Below, piece by piece: positions 1-9,935 of a stretch of 64,000 bases of DNA; positions within the stretch are counted from its first letter, which is position 1, and each line of letters starts with the position of its first letter. The notes under the pieces were generated by a model that saw only the letters and a list, made by a program, of their open reading frames with translations, had not been told where the DNA came from and did not search any database. The translations under genes were made by a program, and so were the position numbers. Source of the DNA: Candidatus Thorarchaeota archaeon (lineage in GTDB: Archaea > Asgardarchaeota > Thorarchaeia > Thorarchaeales > Thorarchaeaceae); NCBI GenBank assembly GCA_016933575.1, contig JAFGAR010000081.1:32001-96000 (forward strand), read 5' to 3'.

Positions 1-259
1 ATGTCAATGCTATATATTGAAACATTCCTGAATGACCGGCTACAGATACGACTGTCATCATTCCAATGATGAATAGGATTGTACCCCACTCAATTTCATG
101 GACCAATGTATTGAAGTCAATACTGAATCCCCAAAAGACAAGGCCAGCAAGTCCCATACCAGTCATGGACATTGCAGCACGATTGACCTTTTCACTTGAG
201 ATAGCAATGTATGTTCCAATAAATACGAGTAGAATCAGGGTTCCTATGGGCTCTTGCAT
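1..259 (-). CDS. ArsB/NhaD/CitM-type (SLC13-like) membrane transporter, N-terminal part (runs off window start)
   Basis: Not in the ORF track. Manual translation from ATG at 259: MQEPIGTLILLVFIGTYIAISSEKVNRAAMSMTGMGLAG...IEWGTILFIIGMMTVVSVAGHSGMFQYIA, matching the typical N-terminus of this family (EKVNRA, W.TI..I.GMM, SG.F.Y.A). Confidence 0.75.
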   Translation of the reverse strand, partial: MQEPIGTLILLVFIGTYIAISSEKVNRAAMSMTGMGLAGLVFWGFSIDFNTLVHEIEWGTILFIIGMMTVVSVAGHSGMFQYIALT

Positions 260-344
260 TGTCTCACATCATTATTCTGAATTACAACTGTAGTATGTTA
301 AAACGCACACTAAATACCTAGCTATTACTCGTTGTCGCGTTTCG

Positions 345-1250
345 TCATCTTGATGAAACATATGGTAATCCTGAACAAATGTCCCCTTTGATAAAATTTG
401 GTACTTGAAGTCCATCATCAGAGATCTCAATCACTGCCACAGCTTTTTCTACCAATTCTTCAAGGTCTTCGTCAGCTGGTCTACCATATCCAAGCGGAAC
501 GGTCATGGCAGTTATTGTTCCTACTTTGATTAAATTTCTCACATGGCTATGACCTGAGATTGAGAGAACGATTCTTTCATCATTAAGTAGGATTCTTCCC
601 GAACTCTCTGCACCCATGAACGCACTATGAAAGTCCCATGGAAGTCGATTCTTGTATACGGTCAGGTCTCTAAATGGCAGATGATGCGAAACATAGACTA
701 TTCTCTTGATGCTATTAGGAAGTGTCTGCAAATCATACTCCAATTTCTGATTGAAAAGGTTAGTAGCCTCGATATCGTTGAAACTCCAGTCCACCCTGAA
801 GAGATCATACCATACTGCTCCCCTGTATTCCTTCTGTTCATAATGCTCTATCTTGATATCCAGTTCCGGTTGTCTAAATGAATAATCATACCATCCGATA
901 CTACCCACAAAAGCAGTATCTTCAGTAACATACGGCTGGTCTGGAATATGAAGAAAGCCCTTCCTCTTACAGATTGCCCCTATCTCGTGAGAATACTTCT
1001 CTAAGGACCCTGGTCCCCCGTTGTGTTCAAACCATATATCGTGATTTCCTGCAACATAGAGGTTCTTGCATCCCTGCACATGTAAGAGCGATAATGAATC
1101 TACAAGGACTTTTAGGTAATCACTGATATCCCCTGCAATCACAAAAACATCTGGTTGTAGATCTTCTACTCTCTGCTGTATTGCTTGGAGGAGGTTCCTA
1201 TCTTGCCCATCTGGAAGGACATGAAGATCTGATACAGCAGCAATTCTCAC
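345..1250 (-). CDS. Calcineurin-like metallophosphoesterase
   Basis: Motifs SDLH, AGDI, GNHD, SHH, GHSH. Likely GTG start at 1250 (ORF track starts at 1262). Confidence 0.85.
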   Translation of the reverse strand: MRIAAVSDLHVLPDGQDRNLLQAIQQRVEDLQPDVFVIAGDISDYLKVLVDSLSLLHVQGCKNLYVAGNHDIWFEHNGGPGSLEKYSHEIGAICKRKGFLHIPDQPYVTEDTAFVGSIGWYDYSFRQPELDIKIEHYEQKEYRGAVWYDLFRVDWSFNDIEATNLFNQKLEYDLQTLPNSIKRIVYVSHHLPFRDLTVYKNRLPWDFHSAFMGAESSGRILLNDERIVLSISGHSHVRNLIKVGTITAMTVPLGYGRPADEDLEELVEKAVAVIEISDDGLQVPNFIKGDICSGLPYVSSR

Positions 1251-1386
1251 AATAGTACACAATCCACTATTCTGCCCCGTCGGAAATCCATGCTCTTAAA
1301 AGGATTAGGCGAAACAGCTACACCAAATCCTTGATATTACCCATTGAGTCGAAACAGCATGTAACGATCTCACTGGAGTTTCCACA

Positions 1387-3030
1387 ATGTCTAATAGAAT
1401 AGTCGCAACAAGACTCGCAGATGCTGATTTATCGCAGGTCAAGACTGTGACCAATCAAGCTGAGATTACTGATACGTATGCACTCTATCTCGACGATGAG
1501 AGTCATTCTTTTAATGGAATGGCTGAGAAAATCATGTTTCCAACAAGTGAAACCGAGATATCATCAATTATGAGAAATGCCTATGAAACGGGTGCACCTG
1601 TCACAATTCAAGGAGGAAGAACCGGTCTTACTGGAGCTGCCGTTCCGCTAGGTGGTATTGCACTAAACCTTGAGAGAATGACAAAGATTCTGTACATGGA
1701 TTTCAATGAGGATCAAGATCTTTATTCTATTGCGGCAGAAGCAGGGATGACCTTAGAAGATCTTGTACGTCACATTAGTTCCAAAAACCTTGGCATGCTT
1801 CAGGGAACTGGTACAGATAAACAACAATCAGCACTTACTCGTTTCTTGGATAATGAGGCTGAATATACATTTCCTGTTGATCCTACAGAGATGAGTGCTT
1901 GGTTGGGCGGTATTGTTGCGTGTAATGCATCTGGAGCAAGGACTTATAAATATGGGGCGGTACGAGACTGGGTCCGTCGAATAAGAGTAATTCTAGCAAA
2001 TGGCGATGTTCTTGATATCACTCGTGGTCATATCCACGCCATAGATGGCAAGTTTATCATCGTGCTAAGTAATGGAAACGAAATTGAGTTCATTGTCCCT
2101 AGCTATAAGATGCCAAAAACTAAGAATGCGGCTGGACTCTATGCCGAACCAGATATGGACCTGATTGACTTATTCATTGGATCTGAAGGTATTCTTGGTA
2201 CTATCACTCTTGTTGAACTAGGTCTCTCAAAATTACCTCGTAATATCATGACCGTGATGGCATTTTTCCCAAGTGAAGATGATGCTGTGGACTTTGTCTA
2301 TGAAATACGCTCTCCAGAATCAAAGGTAAAAATGGATTTTCTAGAATACTTTGGTCCTAATGCAATCGAGATGATTAAAGAGAAAGCCAGTTCAGCTGGG
2401 ATCACTGTCCCTGCGATGAAGAGTGATACGAAGGCAATTGTTTTCTTTGAATTCTCTTACACCGAAGATCAGATGGAGGAATTGATAATGGCTCTGGAAG
2501 AGGTCCTCAACAAGCATAACACATCTTCTGAGTCAAGTTGGGCTGGACTAGATAGAAATGAATTAGAGAAGATGAAGACAGTCCGTCACTTTGTACCTGA
2601 AACTGTGAATGGTCTGATTGCTCAAAGAAAAGCCCAGTTCCATGAAGTTCACAAGATTGGGACTGATATGGCTGTACCTGATGAGGCTCTGAGAGACTAT
2701 CTAAGGTTCTATCGTTCAACACTTGAAGAACAAGGTATGGAGTATGTTATCTTTGGGCATATTGGAAATAACCACTTGCATGTCAATATGATTCCACGAA
2801 ATAATGAGGAAGTGAAACAGGGAATGGACAATTACATGCTTTTTGCCAAGAGAGCTGTGGAGCTGGGAGGCACTGTGGCTGCAGAACATGGGATTGGTAA
2901 ACTGAAACGTGCATTCCTTGAAGTGATGTATGGTGAGAAAGGAATCAAGGAAATGCAAGCCGTTAAGAGTGCACTCGACTCCAAATGGATTCTAAACCGA
3001 GAGAATATGATTCCTGTACCTGTTGAGTGA
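1387..3030 (+). CDS. FAD-linked oxidoreductase, GlcD/D-2-hydroxyacid (D-lactate) dehydrogenase family
   Basis: GGRTGL.G, GSEGILG, FGHIGNNHLHVN, AEHGIG motifs. Confidence 0.85.
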   Translation: MSNRIVATRLADADLSQVKTVTNQAEITDTYALYLDDESHSFNGMAEKIMFPTSETEISSIMRNAYETGAPVTIQGGRTGLTGAAVPLGGIALNLERMTKILYMDFNEDQDLYSIAAEAGMTLEDLVRHISSKNLGMLQGTGTDKQQSALTRFLDNEAEYTFPVDPTEMSAWLGGIVACNASGARTYKYGAVRDWVRRIRVILANGDVLDITRGHIHAIDGKFIIVLSNGNEIEFIVPSYKMPKTKNAAGLYAEPDMDLIDLFIGSEGILGTITLVELGLSKLPRNIMTVMAFFPSEDDAVDFVYEIRSPESKVKMDFLEYFGPNAIEMIKEKASSAGITVPAMKSDTKAIVFFEFSYTEDQMEELIMALEEVLNKHNTSSESSWAGLDRNELEKMKTVRHFVPETVNGLIAQRKAQFHEVHKIGTDMAVPDEALRDYLRFYRSTLEEQGMEYVIFGHIGNNHLHVNMIPRNNEEVKQGMDNYMLFAKRAVELGGTVAAEHGIGKLKRAFLEVMYGEKGIKEMQAVKSALDSKWILNRENMIPVPVE

Positions 3031-3037
3031 TACAAAT

Positions 3038-3316
3038 TCATACACTCTGAGCCTGTAACTCGGCATCTATCATCTTTGCACAGAGGTCCGGTTCTTCCTC
3101 ACATAGTCTTTCGAAATTTCTGATACCCATCCGAGTCCAGTATTCACGAAGTGCATCATTAAGTATCATAGACTGGGTTGAGTTGCATTGCGCGATTGAT
3201 TCCCTTATCCCTACCACTAATTCCTCTATTGAGGCTTTTCGTATCTTTATTCGAGCCCAAAAGTCACACATCTTTCCGCGACAGGGTCCCTTAACCATCA
3301 CACAATATTGAACCAT
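3038..3316 (-). CDS. Small Cys-containing hypothetical protein
   Basis: 92 aa ORF filling the gap between genes, with GAGG upstream. N-terminal C-x6-C-x4-C-DFW. Confidence 0.6.
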   Translation of the reverse strand: MVQYCVMVKGPCRGKMCDFWARIKIRKASIEELVVGIRESIAQCNSTQSMILNDALREYWTRMGIRNFERLCEEEPDLCAKMIDAELQAQSV

Positions 3317-3439
3317 TTTAAAACCTCATCTGGCCTAGGGCTTTCGAATACAAGCATTTCATAAGCATTATCTTAGTTGCATAGGCATCTTTACAGCAAA
3401 GAATGGCAAACTAAAATCACTATCGTGGTGTTGCGTACT

Positions 3440-3796
3440 ATGCACGATACATCAAAGAACAATGATTCACACACTCTTGGCCAAAAGATTCGGAAAGAGC
3501 AAACAACAGTTAGAAAGATGATTCATATTTATTGTGAGAAGAAGCACAAAACCGCCCATAATACTCTTTGTGATGAATGTACAAGACTGTTAGACTATTC
3601 TCTGCGTCGATTGGAACTCTGTCAATTTCAAGAAGACAAACCAACCTGTCGAAGATGCAAAGTCCATTGTTATAATCCTGAAATGAGAACTCGAATTAGA
3701 CAGGTCATGCGGGTTTCAGGTCCACGAATGTTGTTGAGAACCCCTATTCTGTGGATCAAACATAGATCTCACGACAGAGATGAATTGTATGAATGA
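3440..3796 (+). CDS. YgbA / nitrous-oxide-stimulated promoter family protein
   Basis: E..TV..MI.IYC...H...LC.EC..L..Y...RL..C....KP.C..C..HCY....R..IR.VMR.SGPRM pattern. Likely start at the second Met (3440). Confidence 0.85.
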   Translation: MHDTSKNNDSHTLGQKIRKEQTTVRKMIHIYCEKKHKTAHNTLCDECTRLLDYSLRRLELCQFQEDKPTCRRCKVHCYNPEMRTRIRQVMRVSGPRMLLRTPILWIKHRSHDRDELYE

Positions 3797-3846
3797 TGAA
3801 AGGAGCATTATTTCGTTACACTCTAACATTGAACCGAATTAGTAAA

Positions 3847-3885
3847 TCGAATGGGCAACTCTCGCATTGCCTGCTGCCCATTCGA
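3847..3885. terminator. Inverted repeat between convergent genes (putative terminator)
   Basis: TCGAATGGGCA ... TGCCCATTCGA, 11-bp stem. Confidence 0.55.
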
Positions 3886-3895
3886 CTAGTTTTGT

Positions 3896-5188
3896 CTACT
3901 TGTACACAACTTCTACTAGATGTGCACTACAGCTGATACAGGGATCATAGGCTCTAGCAATCATCTCAAACTTTAGTTCGATATTCTCCATCTGATTTTT
4001 AGCAAGCAGATTTTCGCCACCAGTGCGAATGAATGCCTCTATATCATCTAGAAACATTGCTGTGGGTGTTATGAAATCTGCCGCTACTGTCTTTCCCTCT
4101 TTGATCTTGTAATGATGGATTAGAGTACCTCTAGGCGCTTCAACTGCACCTGTCCCAACTCCAGTGTCTTGTTTGGGTTGGGCAATCTTTGGGTCCTCAC
4201 TAGACAGGAGTTGGTTAACTACATCTATGACACCCTCAAGCGAGTATACCTGTTCGATAGCCTGAGCAAAATTATTGTACAGTGGATTGCGGTACCAGCG
4301 TTCGTTGAAGAGTTTCTTATACGCCTGTTTTGCTTTTCCCTTCAGTCGCTCGCCGAGAAGGATGATTCGTGCAATTGCCCCGACTGTGAATGGTGCATCA
4401 TTGTAGGTTCCACGCTTTGCAAAACTATGACTGACCACACGCTCCTTTATTACATTCTTGTATCGATCAACAGGATGTTCCTCACCATCTGACGTGATTA
4501 AGATATCACCATAGTAGTCATAGTCATCATGGGGCGGCTTACAACAGAGAAATTGCGTTTCGCGTTCCATATGGTCAGGAATTTGAAGTTCAGCAAGAAG
4601 GTCAATAGTGTCCATAGCAAAGGGTAGTAGTTCCAATGCCTCCTCCTTAATAGCTATGAGTTCATCCTTTGTTGGTAATTTGTTGAATCCACCAAGTACA
4701 GGATTCTCTCCATGGATCATTCTTCCTCCCATCATTCGCATTATTTTGTTGCCATATTTCTTGAGCTGCAAGGCCTTGACTACTGTACCGCCATGCTTGT
4801 CAGCCATGGCTACAGCATTATCATAACCGAGGAAGTCTGGTAGTGCTAAGAAGTACAAGTGTAAGCTGTGACTCTCTAACATCTCACCATGATGCATTAA
4901 TTGACGATATGCTTGAGTTGTCTCTGGAATTTCTACTTCAAGAGCCTTCTCAAGCCCTCTCAATGCTGCATACTTGTGTGAGAGGTTGCAGATTGCACAG
5001 ATTCTTGGAACTATGCTTAGATCCTCTTCAGGGGTCTTTCCAACAACAAGCTGTTCAAAGAGCCGGGGTCCTTCAAGTATACGCACCTCTACATTGCTAA
5101 TCTTGTTGCCCTGAATCTCTACCTTTATTCCTCCATGACCTTCGACTCGGGCAAGAGGTTCAATAATGATTTCTTTCTTTGCAGACAT
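3896..5188 (-). CDS. hydA: Group 3b [NiFe]-hydrogenase large (alpha) subunit, copy 1
   Basis: RVEGHG, L1 RICAIC, EAPRG, L2 DPCISCSAH plus a short C-terminal tail. Last gene of a beta-gamma-delta-alpha operon. Confidence 0.92.
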   Translation of the reverse strand: MSAKKEIIIEPLARVEGHGGIKVEIQGNKISNVEVRILEGPRLFEQLVVGKTPEEDLSIVPRICAICNLSHKYAALRGLEKALEVEIPETTQAYRQLMHHGEMLESHSLHLYFLALPDFLGYDNAVAMADKHGGTVVKALQLKKYGNKIMRMMGGRMIHGENPVLGGFNKLPTKDELIAIKEEALELLPFAMDTIDLLAELQIPDHMERETQFLCCKPPHDDYDYYGDILITSDGEEHPVDRYKNVIKERVVSHSFAKRGTYNDAPFTVGAIARIILLGERLKGKAKQAYKKLFNERWYRNPLYNNFAQAIEQVYSLEGVIDVVNQLLSSEDPKIAQPKQDTGVGTGAVEAPRGTLIHHYKIKEGKTVAADFITPTAMFLDDIEAFIRTGGENLLAKNQMENIELKFEMIARAYDPCISCSAHLVEVVYK

Positions 5189-5205
5189 TCTAACTTCCTC
5201 CATAT

Positions 5206-5991
5206 TCAAAGATTCTCTATATACTTCAGAATCTTATGGCCTCCATAGTTCTTTACTCGTCTAATGATATCTTTCTTTGTCATTCCAAAACTTTCAAGAA
5301 GTTTCAGGTGTTGACTGAAATTTCCATCGTCGTTTGGACCCCAACATCCGACACATGGCAATCCATGATTAGGGCAGACTGAATTACATCCACCTGCTGT
5401 TATTGGTCCTAGACAGAACTTTTTGTCTAACAAGAGACAATGGTTCTCATTCAATTTACATTCATGACAGACAGGATGTGGATATGGTTCTGGAATTGCT
5501 TGATGTATCAATCTCGATATCAGAGCAAAGGTTTGTTTTGCATCAATTGGGCACCCTGGGAGATAATAATCTACAGTGACATACGCATCAAGAGGTCTCG
5601 CCTCTACCGGTTCTGTGATGAATTTTACATCTCCGTATACTTTCTGAAGGCGTTTTGTATAGCCATCATCTCCTGTGTACATGGCTTGAGGTCCGCCACT
5701 TACTGCACAGTTACCTATTGCAACGAGAACTTTTGCTCTCTTTCTGATATCCAGGAGATGTTCTTTTTCTTTTTCAGTACTTATACTTCCCTCAACAAAG
5801 GCTACATCAAGAGGGCCTTCCGTTGGGTTACTTGATGCCATGACAAACGATTGCATATTCACTGACCCAAACAAGTTTAGAATCTCATCCTCAGTATGTA
5901 TGATGAGTAGTTGGTCGCCAGCACATCCGGTAAAGCCATAGATTCCTACTCTGGGTTTCGGAACTGAAGTTGGTTCGCGTGTCCAAGCCAT
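5206..5991 (-). CDS. hydD: Group 3b hydrogenase small (delta) subunit, copy 1
   Basis: GCAGDQ, VEGS, GNCA, PGCP, VCHEC, CLGPIT..GC...CP....PC.GC.GP. Confidence 0.9.
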   Translation of the reverse strand: MAWTREPTSVPKPRVGIYGFTGCAGDQLLIIHTEDEILNLFGSVNMQSFVMASSNPTEGPLDVAFVEGSISTEKEKEHLLDIRKRAKVLVAIGNCAVSGGPQAMYTGDDGYTKRLQKVYGDVKFITEPVEARPLDAYVTVDYYLPGCPIDAKQTFALISRLIHQAIPEPYPHPVCHECKLNENHCLLLDKKFCLGPITAGGCNSVCPNHGLPCVGCWGPNDDGNFSQHLKLLESFGMTKKDIIRRVKNYGGHKILKYIENL

Positions 5992-6840
5992 TTAGATCAA
6001 CTCCCTAAAATGTAGAGTGTCCCAGTACGTGAAGACAGGTCCATCCGTACAGGTATACAAGTGGTCAAGAGCACAATGTCCACACTTTCCAATACCGCAT
6101 TTCATACGACGCTCCAATGATAGTTGAATCTGGTTCTTTGGAATCTTCAATTTGAGAAACTCATCAATAACAAATTTGTACATCACTGGTGGTCCACAAA
6201 CAACTGCTGTTGTCTTTCTTGGATCTATCTCAGGCAAGTCCTTGAATAGTTTCGTGACCACACCAACATTCTCGGTCCATTCACCGTCAGGTTTGTCGAC
6301 AGTATACATACAATCAATATCTTCACGTTCTTTCAATTGAAAGAACTCATCTCGAAAGAGAATTTCACCTGGATTTCTCGCTCCATACATGAAGAAGACT
6401 CTACTAAATTGGTCTCTATTGTCAAGCACGTAATATAGAATTGAGCGAAGGGGAATCACACCCAGTCCCCCCGCAAGGATGATAATGTCCTTGTTTACCA
6501 TCTGATCTAGCTTGAATCCATTACCGTATGGTCCTCGAATATAGATCATATCATTGTCTCGCTTCTTGAATAATGCTTCAGTCATTTTTCCCATTTTTCG
6601 AACGCCTAGCTCTAGAATTCCAGGTCTGCTTGGTGTTGATGAGATTGAAAATGGAGCCTCTCCAACTCCTGGAATAGACACCATTATGAACTGCCCTGGT
6701 GAATATGTAAATGACATTGCACGATTCATGTCAAGGTGTCGAACTTGGAAGAATCTGTGATCCTTGATTAAATCATAGTGTCGAACGATTCTAGCTGGTT
6801 CCGGTTGATAGGGATTCTCGTACATCTCTGACACATTCAT
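5992..6840 (-). CDS. hydG: Group 3b hydrogenase gamma subunit (FAD/NAD(P)-binding, 2Fe-2S), copy 1
   Basis: PGQF, RGPYGNGF, AGGLG, CGPP, ERRMKCGIGKCGHC, C.DGPVF. Confidence 0.9.
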   Translation of the reverse strand: MNVSEMYENPYQPEPARIVRHYDLIKDHRFFQVRHLDMNRAMSFTYSPGQFIMVSIPGVGEAPFSISSTPSRPGILELGVRKMGKMTEALFKKRDNDMIYIRGPYGNGFKLDQMVNKDIIILAGGLGVIPLRSILYYVLDNRDQFSRVFFMYGARNPGEILFRDEFFQLKEREDIDCMYTVDKPDGEWTENVGVVTKLFKDLPEIDPRKTTAVVCGPPVMYKFVIDEFLKLKIPKNQIQLSLERRMKCGIGKCGHCALDHLYTCTDGPVFTYWDTLHFRELI

Positions 6841-7868
6841 TTTTGGGGCACCTCTCTATTCGTAAGGGCTTGCGAAACCGTGAGTACATTGATATCCACA
6901 GGACAGGTTTCAACGCAGCGTCCACATCCGATACAACCAGGACTTCCGTATTCACTTCCAAAGGATTTCAATTTGTGAGTGTACCAAAGTTTCAATCGAT
7001 CTGCTCTCTTTGCTCTGAAGTTATGATCCCCTGATACGAGACTGTAGTCCACGAACATGCAGCTATCCCAGACCCGCTCTCGGCGACCGGTTGTTTCATT
7101 CGTCACATCAAAGACATCAGTCACATTGTAGCAGTTACATGTTGGACAGACCATGGAACACTGCCCACATGAGAGACACTTGTCTGCAAAATAATCCCAG
7201 ACCTCACTATCGTGGCTGAGCTCCATAATGTCTGGCATGCTCTTAAAATCGATATGAGTCTTGAACACCTTGTTCCTTTTGTTTCTCCATTCTATGTATT
7301 TCTGGATATCATCATGACTGACATCTTCTTCAAAGAATTCCTCTCTCTCATAGATCATATCATGACCTCTGCTTGAACCTACCCAGACTAAATAGAACTC
7401 CTTCAAATTGACAAAGAAGAGATCAAATCCTTCTTCCACAATATCTGTTCCGGCAGATTTGCATATGGATGACTCAGTAGGCATACATGAGAATCCAATG
7501 ATGAGGGAGTTCTCTCTTAGTCCTGCATAATACGGATCTGCTGGTTCCTTCAGGAAGATCTCATCAAGTCTTAGGAGACCATGAATCTCACAAGGATGCA
7601 CACCAATGATAATCCTCTTCTCAATCATGGAGTAATCAGGATAGAATCCTTTCTCGTTGAAGTGCAGCATTGTGAACCTCTTTGGATGAAAGAGCTTCTT
7701 CAATGGGATCATTGGATGATCATCTGAAATCTCAAGTTCTGAGGTCTTTTCCACACGGTCAAATGTCAGAATACCATTTCTTCTTACAGGTCCATATAGA
7801 GCACCAAATTTTTCTAGGCTCTCTAAGAACACGTCAAGAAATTTTGATTGCATTTTCAATATGCGCAT
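6837..7868 (-). CDS. hydB: Group 3b hydrogenase beta subunit (4Fe-4S, AsrA-like), copy 1
   Basis: GVHPCE, CLSCGQCSMVCPTCNC, WDSC, CIGCGRCVETCP. Confidence 0.9.
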   Translation of the reverse strand: MRILKMQSKFLDVFLESLEKFGALYGPVRRNGILTFDRVEKTSELEISDDHPMIPLKKLFHPKRFTMLHFNEKGFYPDYSMIEKRIIIGVHPCEIHGLLRLDEIFLKEPADPYYAGLRENSLIIGFSCMPTESSICKSAGTDIVEEGFDLFFVNLKEFYLVWVGSSRGHDMIYEREEFFEEDVSHDDIQKYIEWRNKRNKVFKTHIDFKSMPDIMELSHDSEVWDYFADKCLSCGQCSMVCPTCNCYNVTDVFDVTNETTGRRERVWDSCMFVDYSLVSGDHNFRAKRADRLKLWYTHKLKSFGSEYGSPGCIGCGRCVETCPVDINVLTVSQALTNREVPQK

Positions 7869-8200
7869 ATGCAACACCCTGTCCAGTGTAGCTGGTTGAA
7901 TCGACGTTGCCCAACTGCTTTCTGTTAAGGCTTTTTCCGTAGTTCACATATTTATTTGATATGATAGTGATAAGAAAAAAAGTTATGAATCCAGATTACA
8001 AATCTCAGTAATGAGAACTTAAACATTGATGTAATTCTTCTCGTAGTGAGAAATACCTCCACCTCTTTTCTCTCCAAGATATCGATTGGCAAATATTGCC
8101 ATAAAGCGCCTTCTTGTGGAAGGTCTTCCCTCTATCTCTGAGGTCTTATATGTTCAGGCTATACAATATCGTGAGAACACCACCAATAGAGGTTCGCTAA

Positions 8201-8563
8201 ATGGACACGGCTCGAAGCACGTTAGAATTTGGGAAAGACTGGAGATGCATGCTCAACTATCTTGCTGAATCTGAAAGTCTTGTTGATGTTTACCTATGTT
8301 CCAGTGCATATGGTCATGCTGATGATCGTGATGGGATGGTCGCTGAGACACATGGAGTTCGGATAATCTATGTGGGAGAGGACTATTTCATAGTTGGACC
8401 ACGAAGACCAGTGCACTCAAGCATTATTCCTATGGGCTGGATTTCGATGATTCGAGTTCATGATGATAATGCAAGTTCCAATATGGTCAGTCTAGTAGAA
8501 TCCGAAACCATTGACTCAAATGAGATAGAAATGGATGCTCCTGAGATAGATCTAGAGCATTAG
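8201..8563 (+). CDS. Hypothetical protein, possible Sm/Hfq-like beta fold with acidic tail
   Basis: 120 aa ORF with GAGG upstream. Pattern V.V.L...G.RI..VGEDY...IIP..WI..I and an acidic C-terminus. Confidence 0.55.
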   Translation: MDTARSTLEFGKDWRCMLNYLAESESLVDVYLCSSAYGHADDRDGMVAETHGVRIIYVGEDYFIVGPRRPVHSSIIPMGWISMIRVHDDNASSNMVSLVESETIDSNEIEMDAPEIDLEH

Positions 8564-8645
8564 TTTCATGTGCCCCATCTGAAGTACATGTGATGAAGGT
8601 TCAACCCATTTATATCAATCAACGTCTAGTCTTATTGGTGACTAA

Positions 8646-9173
8646 TTGATGCCTTTCACACCATACCACTTTGGACCTATGTTCTTGTTAGGAATTCTTT
8701 TGCTATCCTTTGTTGATTTATCGACAATCATGATTGCTGGTGTGATTCTTGATATTGAAGTAATAGTGGTTCTGGTCTTCAATCTCTCACAGCCACTTCA
8801 TGGATTCTTTCATACCTATTTTGGAGCAACCTTAGTAGCAATTACGTTATCAATAGTCCTCTGGCCGCTCCGTAAGTTTCTCAATGATATTGTTATTCTC
8901 CTTGGTATTCATCAGGAGTCGAACTATCGAATGATACTCTTTGGAAGTCTGATTGGGACCGAATCCCATGTCTTTCTAGACTCATTTCTCTATTTAGAAA
9001 TGAACCCATTCTATCCGCTCTTGGGAAATCCATTTCTCGATCTGATTCCAAGTGTGATGATATATGATCTCTGTATTATAACGGGCATTCTTGGTCTTGT
9101 TCTCTACGTAATTCGTATACTTTATAGAAAGCCAATATCTTTCCCAAATGTATGGAGCGAGAAGCGTGACTGA
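8646..9173 (+). CDS. Membrane-bound metal-dependent hydrolase-like protein (DUF4184/YdjM-like)
   Basis: MPFTPYH, D(I)E, HGFFHT, SHVFLD, PFYP motifs; hydrophobic helices. Confidence 0.75.
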   Translation: MMPFTPYHFGPMFLLGILLLSFVDLSTIMIAGVILDIEVIVVLVFNLSQPLHGFFHTYFGATLVAITLSIVLWPLRKFLNDIVILLGIHQESNYRMILFGSLIGTESHVFLDSFLYLEMNPFYPLLGNPFLDLIPSVMIYDLCIITGILGLVLYVIRILYRKPISFPNVWSEKRD

Positions 9174-9879
9174 TTTCTATTCTAGACTGGCAAGATACTA
9201 TGATCAAATGTATTCATTCATAGATTATGAGAAAAATGCGAAGACTTTGAATGAGATAATTCAGAGATATAAAAAAGCCCCAGATACTAGGCTCTTGGAC
9301 GTCGCCTGTGGGACTGGCACTCATCTCAAATATCTAAAGAATACGTACCAAGTTATGGGATTTGACATAAGCAATGAGATGTTGGAAATTGCTGATAAGA
9401 AATGCCCAGACATTGAATTCATTCAAGGTGATATGACATCTATGAGTTTGGATAGGAAGTTCGATGTCATTACATGTCTGTTTGGCTCTATTAACTACCT
9501 CGTAAAGAAAGCTGATTTAGTTAAAGCAATACATGCATTTTCTAAACACCTTGTCACTGGAGGTCTTGTCATCATTGAGCCTATATTCACAACAGACTCA
9601 TATCGCGAAGGTTCCTTAGGGATACTCTGCGTTGATCTACCAGAAATCAAGATCGCTCGTACAAATGTGACACGGCGAGAGGGTGATATTGCTTATCTTG
9701 ATTTTCATTTTCTGATATCAACTCCTGAGACCGGGACTGAGCACTTTGTTGATCCAAGTCCAATGGGTATCTTCTCAAAAGATATGTTTCTGAAAATGAT
9801 GGAAGAGAGTGGGCTCTCTGCGTCCTTCGTAGAACCCGGATTAGCCAAGGAGGGTCTTTTCATTGGTATCAAGAAGTAA
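9166..9879 (+). CDS. Class I SAM-dependent methyltransferase
   Basis: LLDVACGTG, GFD.S.EML, GDM, FDVITC. GTG start at 9166 overlaps the upstream stop. Confidence 0.88.
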   Translation: MTDFYSRLARYYDQMYSFIDYEKNAKTLNEIIQRYKKAPDTRLLDVACGTGTHLKYLKNTYQVMGFDISNEMLEIADKKCPDIEFIQGDMTSMSLDRKFDVITCLFGSINYLVKKADLVKAIHAFSKHLVTGGLVIIEPIFTTDSYREGSLGILCVDLPEIKIARTNVTRREGDIAYLDFHFLISTPETGTEHFVDPSPMGIFSKDMFLKMMEESGLSASFVEPGLAKEGLFIGIKK

Positions 9880-9935
9880 GCTTGCCATTTTTCCCCTTTC
9901 CACTAATTGATTAATACAAATGTGAATGCTCTATT

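Noticed and set aside
66-293. 75-aa plus-strand ORF
   Set aside because: It is the antisense shadow of the minus-strand transporter fragment (1..259).
1310-1358. CGAAACAGC direct repeat 40 bp apart in a divergent intergenic region
   Set aside because: Only two 9-bp copies. Not a CRISPR array and too weak to call an operator.
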